From assembly GCA_963752515.1 (NCBI GenBank), contig CAVVYO010000006.1, positions 466,284 through 530,283 of the forward strand: a stretch of DNA of 64,000 bases, read 5' to 3'. Shown one piece after another: positions 52,933 to 64,000 of the stretch; within the stretch, counting starts at the first letter, position 1; every line of letters begins with the position of its first letter. The notes beneath the pieces were generated by a model. That model ran no database searches and was not told where the DNA came from. It saw nothing but the letters and a program-made list of their open reading frames with translations. Source of the DNA: Candidatus Glassbacteria bacterium (GTDB taxonomy: Bacteria > Gemmatimonadota > Glassbacteria > GWA2-58-10). The position numbers were made by a program, and so were the translations under genes.

Positions 52933-54900
52933 ATGCCTGCCGCCCGCCCGCGCATCGTCCTGACTTTCCTGCTGGCCCTCGGCGCGGCCGGCGCTTTCCG
53001 CTCGCCGGCTTTCGGCGCGGTCCACCCGCGGCTCGACCTGGCCGATCCCGCGGTGATCGAGGCGGAGCTGGACAGCTACTCGGTCCGGATCACCCGCGAT
53101 CCCTACTGCCTGGCGGTGCTCCGCGAGGGCCGGACAGTCGCCGAGGGAATCCCCGGGGGGACCGCCCTCGTGCGGGCGGGCCGGCGGCACGCCCTGGAGC
53201 GGGTTGTCGCGGCGGCGGCGCTGGACGCCGGGCTCGAGCTGCGGGTGCAGGCCCAGGGGGAGCTCCCGGTGACTGTCCGCCTGACCTTTTTCGCGGACCA
53301 TTTCCTGGTGAGCTGGTCCCCGGCCGATGGCCTACCGGGCGCGCGGCTGGAGGAAAGCTTCCGCCTGCGGGACGGCGGCCACTGGTATGGCGGCAATGTC
53401 ACCTCCGGCCACCACTGGCCGCTGGAGAGCGCGGAGATCGAGCTGGACCCATTCCTGGCCACCAGCAACCAGACCTCGCCGTTCTGGCTCACCTCCAGCG
53501 GCACAGGATTTTTTCTGCCGACCTATCAGCCGCTGGGGTTTTCGATCAACAAGGGCGGCGAGGGCTTGTTCCGCTTCAATGTCAAGGACAGCGGCAGCCT
53601 CGACTACCGGGTGATCGTGGGCCGGGACATCGTCGCGGTCTACGACAGCTTCATCGCGATGGTGGGCAAGCCCGCCGCGATCCCGCCCCGGGGCTATTTC
53701 GCCAGCCCGATCTTCAACACCTGGATCGAGTTCCAGACCGACCAGCGGCAGGAGAAAATCCTGGCCTACGCCCGCACCCTGCGCGAACACCGGTTCGGCT
53801 GCGAAGTGCTGATGATCGATGACAGGTGGCAGTCCCGGTACGGCGATCACGCCTTCGACCCGGAAAAATTCCCCAACCCACGGCAACTGGTGGATGAGCT
53901 GCACCGGATGGGCTTCAAGGTCGTGCTGTGGGATGTGCCGTTTGTCGACCCCAAGGCCGCCAATTACCGTTTCCTGGAGCGGAAGAACTGGCTGGTGCGC
54001 GAGGGGAAGACCGGCAAGCCGGCGCTGGTGGAGTGGTGGAACGGCAGCTCGGCGCTGGTCGACCTGTCGCACCCGGAGGCGTTCGGCTGGTTTGTCGGCG
54101 AGCTGAAAAAGCTTCAGGCCGAGTATGGGGTGGATGGCTTCAAGCTGGATGCCGGGGATGCGGAGTATTTCCTGCCGGGGTTCTCCACCTACGGCAACGT
54201 GACCCCGAACCGCTACACCGACCTGTTCGCCGCGGTGGGAGCGCATTTCGAGATCAACGAGCTGCGGGTGAGCTGGCTGGTTCAGGGCCTGGGGCTGGTC
54301 CAGCGCCTGCGGGACAAAAACAGCGACTGGGACCCGGCCACCGGGCTGGGGGCGCTGATCCCCCACGGCCTGACCGAGTCGCTGCTGGGCTACGGCTATT
54401 TCTGCCCGGACCTGATCGGCGGCGGCGAGGCCGGAGACTTCGAGCGGGACCAGTACGGCGGGATGGACCCGGAGATGTTCGTGCGCTGGACCCAGGCCTC
54501 GGCCCTGATGCCGATGATGCAGTTCTCTTTCGCCCCCTGGCACCTCGATCCGGAGTCGGAAAAGATCTGCCTCAAGTACACCCGCCTCCACGAGCAGTTG
54601 GGGGACTACATCCACTCCCTGGCGCTGGAGGCCCACCGCACCGGTCGCCCGCTGATCCGCCCACTGTTTTTCCGCGATCCCGGCGATGAGCAGGCTTACC
54701 TGGCCCGGCAGGAGTTCCTGCTGGGCGACCGGTTCCTGGTGGCCCCGGTGCTGGAAAAAGGAGCGGTCTCCCGGGAGGTCTACCTGCCCGCCGGGCTGTG
54801 GAAAGACTTCTGGAGCGGCGAGCTCTACCGCGGCGGGACCACCCTGGCAGCTTACCCGGCGCCGCTGGACAAGCTGCCCATTTTCGTGAGCCTGGACTGA
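52933..54900 (+). CDS. Glycoside hydrolase family 31 protein, secreted
   Basis: Intact 655-aa ORF. Signal peptide MPAARPRIVLTFLLALGAAGA. Catalytic-region pattern ..FGCEVLMIDDRWQ..YGD..FDPEKFP.P..LVDELH.MGFKVVLW..PF.. and GVDGFKLDAGDAEY. Confidence 0.85.
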   Translation: MPAARPRIVLTFLLALGAAGAFRSPAFGAVHPRLDLADPAVIEAELDSYSVRITRDPYCLAVLREGRTVAEGIPGGTALVRAGRRHALERVVAAAALDAGLELRVQAQGELPVTVRLTFFADHFLVSWSPADGLPGARLEESFRLRDGGHWYGGNVTSGHHWPLESAEIELDPFLATSNQTSPFWLTSSGTGFFLPTYQPLGFSINKGGEGLFRFNVKDSGSLDYRVIVGRDIVAVYDSFIAMVGKPAAIPPRGYFASPIFNTWIEFQTDQRQEKILAYARTLREHRFGCEVLMIDDRWQSRYGDHAFDPEKFPNPRQLVDELHRMGFKVVLWDVPFVDPKAANYRFLERKNWLVREGKTGKPALVEWWNGSSALVDLSHPEAFGWFVGELKKLQAEYGVDGFKLDAGDAEYFLPGFSTYGNVTPNRYTDLFAAVGAHFEINELRVSWLVQGLGLVQRLRDKNSDWDPATGLGALIPHGLTESLLGYGYFCPDLIGGGEAGDFERDQYGGMDPEMFVRWTQASALMPMMQFSFAPWHLDPESEKICLKYTRLHEQLGDYIHSLALEAHRTGRPLIRPLFFRDPGDEQAYLARQEFLLGDRFLVAPVLEKGAVSREVYLPAGLWKDFWSGELYRGGTTLAAYPAPLDKLPIFVSLD

Positions 54901-54966
54901 CCGGGTGATAGCGGAGAGGCCGCCATCCTGTGGACAGCGGCCTCCCCGCGGACCGGCAAGAAAGCA

Positions 54967-58169
<3,203 letters not shown>

Positions 58170-58243
58170 GCTCTCTCCATTGAGATGGTTCCCACAACTC
58201 CGTTCAATTTTCGAGGCGGATTTTTTCTGCCAGAATTATAAAC

Positions 58244-58258
58244 AGAATTTCAAATTCT
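58244..58258. promoter_or_regulatory. Perfect 7-1-7 palindrome upstream of carB (candidate operator)
   Basis: AGAATTT-C-AAATTCT, 75-90 nt upstream of the carB ATG, in an AT-rich stretch. An additional CAGAATT half-site lies at 58231-58237. Confidence 0.3.
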
Positions 58259-58626
58259 TCCAGTACCAATTACGGGTGCGAGGGCTCGGCGCGCTGTGCA
58301 TGGGAAGGCATTCCACCTCCATCTGAAGGAATCATAATGGTTTGTTGTCGGAAACATCACATCAGACCAGCCAAAAGGTTCTGCCAAATGGAAGGGATTC
58401 CGGGCAGGGCGGTGAGATTCATGGACTTCCGGCCCGAATCTTGGTAAAGTTGAGTAGCGGGGGGCGCCGCTGGGCCGGGAACTCCGGGAAAGATCGCCCA
58501 TGCGGGCAATGGGGCCGACCCTCGTTGACCGCCGGCGGGAGCCGCCATCGCCGCCGCCGGGACCGCGCTGCACGCCAATCTTCCGCGCCGATAGCTGTGC
58601 TCCACCATCTCGCCGGGGGTGAACTC

Positions 58627-59493
58627 GTGCTCAGTCGAAACGCCCGCCTGCCCGCCTTGCTGCTGATCGCCCTGTGCTCGAGCCTTTCGCCCTTCCTGGC
58701 CGGTTCCTACTGCGCCGAAATTTTTTCCGATGACTTCGAAGCCGGTGAGTTGGCCGACCGCTGGGACCAGGTCACTATCCGCGACTCGGCTGCCGGCGGC
58801 ATCGAAACCGATCCGGAGTTCGTCCACTCGGGACAGCGCTCCCTCCGGCTGACCGCTGTCGCCAATGGTGGCCAGGCCGCGGTGGCGCAGGTGGTGCGCT
58901 GGTTCCTGCCCGGCCATGACCAGCTTTACTTCCGCTGGTACGCCATGTTCGCGGAGGATTTCGACCAGGGCAACTTCATGCACTGGACCATGATCGGCGG
59001 CAGCCGCATCGATGACAAGTACTCCGGGATGGGCCAGGCCGGGATCCGGCCGAATGGCGCCGACTTTTTCACCGCCATGTTCGAGCCGGCCCGCGACCGG
59101 GGAAAGTACCCTCCGCCCGGCGCGCTCCAGTTCTCGGTCAGCTACCCGGAGATGAAAATTTCCGCCGATGGAAAGTACTGGACCAACTCCATCGGCCCGG
59201 AACAGCCATTGGTCCTGGAGCGCGGGCGCTGGTACTGCCTGGAGGCGATGGTCAAGCTCAACCGGATCGGCCGGACCGATGGCGAGCTGGCCTGCTGGGT
59301 GGATGGAGAAAAGCTCCTGCATGTCCGGGACTTTCACTGGAGGGATTCGGATGCGCTGCGGTTGAATTACTTCTGGTTTTCGGTCTACATCCATCAAGCC
59401 GTGCGGAACAACACCTGCTGGTACGACGACCTGGTGATCAGCACCGAATATGTCGGCCCCCGGCAGGTCCAACCCCCCGGAGGCGGCAGATGA
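58627..59493 (+). CDS. Secreted concanavalin-like / polysaccharide-lyase-like protein (PF14099-type by pattern); GTG start
   Basis: GTG at 58627 gives (M)LSRNARLPALLLIALCSSLSPFLAG.. The pattern ..IFSDDFEAGELADRWDQ...VHSGQRSLRL..YFRWYAMF.EDF..GNFMHW.. resembles jelly-roll lyases. The ORF upstream of 58627 is not protein-like. Confidence 0.6.
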   Translation: MLSRNARLPALLLIALCSSLSPFLAGSYCAEIFSDDFEAGELADRWDQVTIRDSAAGGIETDPEFVHSGQRSLRLTAVANGGQAAVAQVVRWFLPGHDQLYFRWYAMFAEDFDQGNFMHWTMIGGSRIDDKYSGMGQAGIRPNGADFFTAMFEPARDRGKYPPPGALQFSVSYPEMKISADGKYWTNSIGPEQPLVLERGRWYCLEAMVKLNRIGRTDGELACWVDGEKLLHVRDFHWRDSDALRLNYFWFSVYIHQAVRNNTCWYDDLVISTEYVGPRQVQPPGGGR

Positions 59494-60442
59494 AACACGG
59501 ATGGCTGGCCCTGCTCCTTGGCCTGTTGTCGGCCTGCGGTCAACCCGGACAGCGGTCCGGGCCGACCGCACCCACCTCGCCGATCAGGCTCGGCACCTAC
59601 ACCACCCCCCGGCAGCATGGGGTCACCGATCTGTTCATCCATTCCCCCTGGGAACCGGCGCAGTACGCCCGGCTGGGCCTGCCCGAGCACTGCTGGGGCG
59701 AGAACATGCCCAACACCAGCCACGACAGCGACACCCTGGTCAGCTCCCCCTGGCTCATCAGCGCGGATTCCACCCGGGCGGCGTTCGAGCGCCAGCCGCG
59801 CCCCGGGGTGACTTTCCGCGCCCGGGCCGAATCCGATTCGATGGCGGTGCGGCTGTCGATCCGGATCGAGAACAACTCCGACCAGCCGGTGACCGCGATC
59901 CGCGCCCTGGTCTGCTTCAAGCCGGATGCCACGATCAGCACGCCCAGCCGCGAGGATGGGATGTTGTCCTTCCGGGACACCAGCTACCAGTCGACCTGGA
60001 TTGCGGTCGATGGGCATCAGGTCAAACTGCACGACCAGACCACTTACCAGGGCGATTATCCCCCGGGACCGATGAATCCAACCTGAGATACCGGATCAAC
60101 TGGGGGATCAACCTCAAGGGGCAGCCGGACATCCGCACCCTGAACCAGGGCAGCTGGTTCCTCGGCGACCGTCCCGGCCGGGTGGTGAACGAGCTGGCCG
60201 ATCCGGCCCTGATCGCGGTCCATGCCGCGGGCGACACCACCCGCTGGATCGGCATCATCTGGGAACCGTCCCGGGTGCTGTTCTGCAATCCCCTCAATCC
60301 CTGCTTCCACTCCGATCCCGGTTTCCCGGACTGTCCGCCGGGGGCTGTCAGCGAAGCGCGGGGGGTGATCCTGTTTCACGATGGGGCGTTCGAGGGCCTG
60401 GTCCAACGGGCTCTGGCCTGGAAGGCATCCTCAGCACACTGA
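59490..60442 (+). pseudogene. Lipoprotein of unknown function; one frameshift in a C-run
   Basis: ATGA overlap with the previous stop. Lipobox-like LLGLLSAC. The frame changes at the C5 run 60061-60065, and C6 would give ..QGDYPPGTDESNLRYRINWGINL... It continues to 60442 in the frame of ORF 59450..60442. Confidence 0.65.
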
Positions 60443-60453
60443 AGGAGGCACTG

Positions 60454-61420
60454 ATGACAAGCCGGAAAATCGCAGTCCAGCTCGGAGCGCTGGCCCTGTC
60501 CCTGTCTCTGCTCGGCTCCGGGCCGGCCTTCTGCGCGGACTGCCCGCCGATGCACTGCCAACTGATCCGCGCCGGGCAGATCGAGGCGATTGTCGGCGAT
60601 GGAGCCGGCCTCCGGGTCCGGCCCGGGCTGTGGTCGATGGCCTCGCTCGAGCGCCAGTTCAGCATCTTCAAGAACATGTCCTCCGGGATGCTCACCGGAG
60701 AGTTTCGCAGCAAGGCGAACACCGTGCTGGAGTATGTCGATGACTCCACCAGCCTGCTGAAACGCGAGCCGACCGATGATTACCCGGTCCGGGCCAGGCT
60801 GCTCTACCGGGCGCGCAGCCCGTATTACCTCGAAGCCGAGCTGACCATCCACGATGTCGTGGACATGATCGCCACCCATCCCCAGGAGGGCAACGAGCGG
60901 CAGGTATCGTACAACTGCTACATGAACAGCCCCGATGACACCCGGATCCATTTCCTGGCCGGGGGCGAGTGGGTGCGTTTCATCCCGGCGGTGCACGCCG
61001 GGCCGGGCACCTCGATCGCGCCATCCTACATCCCGGATTCCGAGCTGGAGGTCTGGCCGCAAGACCAATGATCCGCGGTTCCACTGGTATCAGCGCAATC
61101 AGAAGCGGTTCGATGAGCCGTTCTACTACGGCCGGCTGGGGAAGATGGTGCTGATCCTGGTGTTCGACCGGCCCCGCTGGCTCCGGTTCTACGCCTCTCC
61201 CTCCGGCGGCGGCGAGAGCCTGATTGCCGGCCTGCAGAGCCCGGCCTGGGATTCCGAATGGCTGATCCCCCGCGCGGATTATCAGCCGAACAAGGATTAC
61301 CTGTTCCGCAGTTGCCTGGTCTACAAGGTGTTCGAGAGCGATGAGGATGTGCTCCGGGAGGTGCGGAAGGTTCAGCGCGATCTCGGATACGAGACGGTGG
61401 AGAGCCTGAAACAGCAGTGA
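60454..61420 (+). pseudogene. Secreted protein of unknown function; one frameshift
   Basis: Signal peptide MTSRKIAVQLGALALSLSLLGSGPAFC. The frame changes at ~61056: removing one base from CCGCAAG gives ..ELEVWPKTNDPRFHWYQRNQKRF... It continues to 61420. Confidence 0.65.
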
Positions 61421-61442
61421 ACGCAGTCTGTCCCGATCTGAC

Positions 61443-61484
61443 CCTGGCGACACGGACCAGCCGAAAACGGTCCGTGTCGCCAGG
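61443..61484. terminator. 16-bp perfect hairpin between convergent genes (terminator-like, no clear U-tract)
   Basis: CCTGGCGACACGGACC (61443-61458), loop AGCCGAAAAC, GGTCCGTGTCGCCAGG (61469-61484). Confidence 0.5.
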
Positions 61485-61524
61485 ATGGGTCGTTCCGGAG
61501 CTGCGCCGTGGTCCCGGCGATGGG

Positions 61525-64000
61525 CTACACTCCGCGCCGGGCGCGGCGTTCCCGCACCGCGGAGTACAGCACCGGCACGATCAGCATCGTGATGATCTGG
61601 AGGGTCATTCCGCCCACCGAGGGGATCGCCATCGGAACCATGATGTCCGAGCCGCGGCCGGTGGAGGTCAGCACCGGCAGCAGCGCCAGGATCGTGATCG
61701 CGGTGGTCATCAGCGCCGGCCGCACCCGCCTCGAGCCCGCCTCCAGGGTGGCCGCCCGCACCTCGGCGATGGTTGCCGGGCGACGTTCATCGAACACCTG
61801 GTCGAGGTAGGTCGCCATCACCACCCCATCATCCGAGGCGATCCCGAACAGCGCCAGGAATCCCACCCAGACCGCGACACTCAGGTGCACCGGCCCGACC
61901 TGGAACAGCCCGCGCAGGTTGGCGCCGAATACCTCCAAATCCATGAACCAGGGCTGGGCGTAAAGCCAGATCAGGATGAACCCCCCGGCCCAGGCGACCG
62001 CGATCCCACTGAACACCATGGTCGTGGTGAGCACCGAGCTGAACTGCAGGTAGAGGATCAGGAAGATCACCGCCAGGGCCAGCGGCAGGATCACCATCAG
62101 CGTCTTTTCCGAATGCACTTGGTTCTCGTAGCTCCCGGCGAAACGGTAGCTGGTGCCGGTCGGCAGCTCCAGCCTTCCCTCGGCCACCGCCCGCTCCAGG
62201 TACTCCCGGGCCTGTTCGACCACCTCCACCTCGGCCCAGCCCGGGCGCTTGTCGAAAACCACATAGGCGGTGAGGAAGGTGTCCTCGCTGCGGATCATCT
62301 GCGGGCCCCGCTGGTATTCGAGCCGGGCCAGCTGGCCCAGCGGCACCTGCGCCCCGGCCGGGGTCGGCACCAGGATCCGCTCCAGCGACTCCAGATCATC
62401 GCGGCGCTCGCGCAGGTAGCGCACCCGCACGGCGTAACGCTCGCGCCCCTCGACTGTCGTGGTCACCGCCCGTCCGCCGACCGCGGTCTCGATCACCTCC
62501 TGCACCGCCGCCACGCTCAAGCCATGGCGCGCCGCCGCCCGGCGGTCCACGTGCAGCTCGAGGTAAGGCTTGCCGATCACCCGGTCGGCCACGACTGTCG
62601 CCGGGTCGATCCGCGGCACCTCCTGCAGCAGGCGCTCGATCGCCAGCGACAGCCCATCGATCGCCTCCAGGCTCGGGCCCTGCACCTTGACTCCCATCGG
62701 GGCGCGCATCCCGCTCTGCAGCATCACCAGCCGGGCGGCGATCGGCTGCAGCCGCGGGGCGCCGGTGGAGCCCGGCAGCTTGCCGGCCAGCTGGATCTGG
62801 TCCCAGATATCGCCCGGGGACTGGATGCCGCCCCAGGCCGCCCGGTGGTCATTGAGCTCCGGATCGAGCGCCGGCCGCCACAGCCGCAGCGGCATCCCGC
62901 CCCCATCCGGGATCAGCCGCCCGGCCTCATCGCGCGGATAGGCTCCGCGCACCAGATAGGGCTGCCCATCCAAGGCCGGGACCGTCTCGCCGGCCGCATT
63001 GCGGAAGTAATCCACCGAGTCGGGATCGAACCGGAACAGCCGCCGGTGGCCATCGCCATCCAGCAAGAACTCCGGGTAGTAGCCGATCACGGTCTCGGTC
63101 ATCGAGATCGGCGCCGGATCGAGGGCGCTCTCCACCCGGCCGATCTTGCCCACCGCGCTCTCGACCTCCGGGATCGCACTGATCCGCATGTCCTGCAACC
63201 GGACCACATCGCCGGCCTCGGCGATCGAGGCGTGCGGCATGGTGGTCGGCATGTAGAGGAACGAGCCCTCATCCAGCGGCGGCATGAACTCCTTGCCCAG
63301 GCCCGGGAAAGCATGAACCAGGGTAGTGTAGGGCTGATTGTCCTGCCAACGGGCGGGCCACCAGCCGAAAAAGCGGTCGAAGCCCAGCCAGATGAAGCCG
63401 CCCAGCAGCACGAACACCATCGGCAGCGACAGGAACAGCAGCTTGTGCTCCAGGCACCAGCCCAGCACCGGGCGGTAGTAGTGCAGGAACGCCAGGAACG
63501 CCGCCATCAGGCCGCCCAGCATCAGCACCACGAACAGGGCGTTGCGGGTGAAACCCTGCTCCGGGCCCAGCGGCAGCCAGTGCCGGGCCAGCACCAGCAG
63601 CACGGCCAGCACCGCCAGCGAGTTGACGGCCAGCGGCGCCCGGCCGCGCCAGCGTTCCGGCAGCCGTTCCCCGAACAGACGGTAGAGGCCGAGGGCCAGC
63701 ACCAGCAGACCCGCCCACCAGGCGACTGTCGCCAGCAGCACCGCTCCCAGCGCCACCAGCACCCAGCCCAGCGAACGTCTCGTAACCCGCGGCCGGCCGT
63801 GGCGACGGAACATCAGATGGGCCACCGGCGGAATCAACATCAGCCCCACCATGATCGAGGCCGTAAGCGCGAAAGTCTTGGTGAAAGCCAGCGGCCGGAA
63901 CAGCTTGCCCTCGGGACCGGTCATCGCGAACACCGGCAGGAAGCTCACCACCGTGGTCGCCACTCCGGTCAGCACCGCCGAGCCCACCTCGCAGGTGGCG
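61525..64000 (-). CDS. RND efflux permease, CusA/CzcA (heavy-metal efflux) type; N-terminus lies beyond the window
   Basis: The ORF is open to the window edge. Multiple TM segments and a large periplasmic loop. The C-terminus ..TSTGRGSDIMVPMAIPSVGGMTLQIITMLIVPVLYSAV is typical of CusA/CzcA-like RND pumps. Confidence 0.9.
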   Translation of the reverse strand, partial: ATCEVGSAVLTGVATTVVSFLPVFAMTGPEGKLFRPLAFTKTFALTASIMVGLMLIPPVAHLMFRRHGRPRVTRRSLGWVLVALGAVLLATVAWWAGLLVLALGLYRLFGERLPERWRGRAPLAVNSLAVLAVLLVLARHWLPLGPEQGFTRNALFVVLMLGGLMAAFLAFLHYYRPVLGWCLEHKLLFLSLPMVFVLLGGFIWLGFDRFFGWWPARWQDNQPYTTLVHAFPGLGKEFMPPLDEGSFLYMPTTMPHASIAEAGDVVRLQDMRISAIPEVESAVGKIGRVESALDPAPISMTETVIGYYPEFLLDGDGHRRLFRFDPDSVDYFRNAAGETVPALDGQPYLVRGAYPRDEAGRLIPDGGGMPLRLWRPALDPELNDHRAAWGGIQSPGDIWDQIQLAGKLPGSTGAPRLQPIAARLVMLQSGMRAPMGVKVQGPSLEAIDGLSLAIERLLQEVPRIDPATVVADRVIGKPYLELHVDRRAAARHGLSVAAVQEVIETAVGGRAVTTTVEGRERYAVRVRYLRERRDDLESLERILVPTPAGAQVPLGQLARLEYQRGPQMIRSEDTFLTAYVVFDKRPGWAEVEVVEQAREYLERAVAEGRLELPTGTSYRFAGSYENQVHSEKTLMVILPLALAVIFLILYLQFSSVLTTTMVFSGIAVAWAGGFILIWLYAQPWFMDLEVFGANLRGLFQVGPVHLSVAVWVGFLALFGIASDDGVVMATYLDQVFDERRPATIAEVRAATLEAGSRRVRPALMTTAITILALLPVLTSTGRGSDIMVPMAIPSVGGMTLQIITMLIVPVLYSAVRERRARRGV

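Noticed and set aside
58244-58258. Calling the carB palindrome a canonical ArgR (ARG) box.
   Set aside because: The GAAT/ATTC arms are separated by 5 nt around a single central C, whereas the 18-bp ARG box has 4 nt. The identity of the binding protein cannot be inferred from sequence alone.

Overview
High-GC bacterial chromosomal window (about 70-78% GC in the 60-nt lines I counted by hand). It is gene-dense: about 45 protein genes and one tRNA-Arg(ACG). I saw no rRNA, CRISPR array, cas genes, transposase, integrase, phage genes or recognisable defence genes. All family calls come from motif recognition in the supplied translations; no database search was possible.

Gene content, left to right:
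- FAD/Fe-S oxidase (partial) and an HD-GYP phosphodiesterase.
- glyA-rpiB-pepF, all frame-disrupted.
- A secreted low-complexity protein, a PfkB-kinase/HAD fusion and a DAO-type oxidoreductase.
- A DUF302/redoxin trio and three tandem aldo-keto reductases.
- A molybdenum island: moeA, a mocA-like gene, an XdhC-family gene, a Tat-exported 2Fe-2S/Moco/FAD hydroxylase (frame-disrupted) and divergent modABC.
- A Tat-signal Gfo/Idh/MocA oxidoreductase and tsaA.
- tRNA-Arg followed by a much lower-GC gene for a secreted Ca-binding-repeat protein.
- Secreted glycan-active or glycan-binding proteins: a 1240-aa CBM9-like/alpha-beta-hydrolase protein, a heparinase II/III-like lyase, a DUF4091-like lipoprotein, a beta-propeller+FN3 protein and a GH31 enzyme.
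- A sigma54-dependent operon (M20 hydrolase, ackA, degenerate ack paralogue) with its divergent XylR/V4R-type activator.
- carB (two frameshifts), a three-gene operon of secreted proteins of unknown function, and a partial CusA/CzcA-type RND pump.

Features that gene annotation does not explain:
1. A TIR-bounded, CTAG-flanked MITE-like element built from a ~140-nt multi-hairpin module. A third module copy lies 42 kb away and shows a compensatory stem change.
2. A ~420-bp non-coding repeat present twice in direct orientation. It carries hairpin modules with invariant loop and flanks but co-varying stems.
3. A G/C-rich hairpin repeat present five times in intergenic regions.
4. A ~65-110-bp upstream module shared by two secreted-enzyme genes.
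5. Indel-type frame disruptions tightly clustered in a few conserved genes. I read these as most likely consensus errors, not decay.

I did not find a convincing novel protein-based system. The most unusual signals are the structured non-coding repeat families and the sigma54-controlled M20/ack/pseudo-ack operon.
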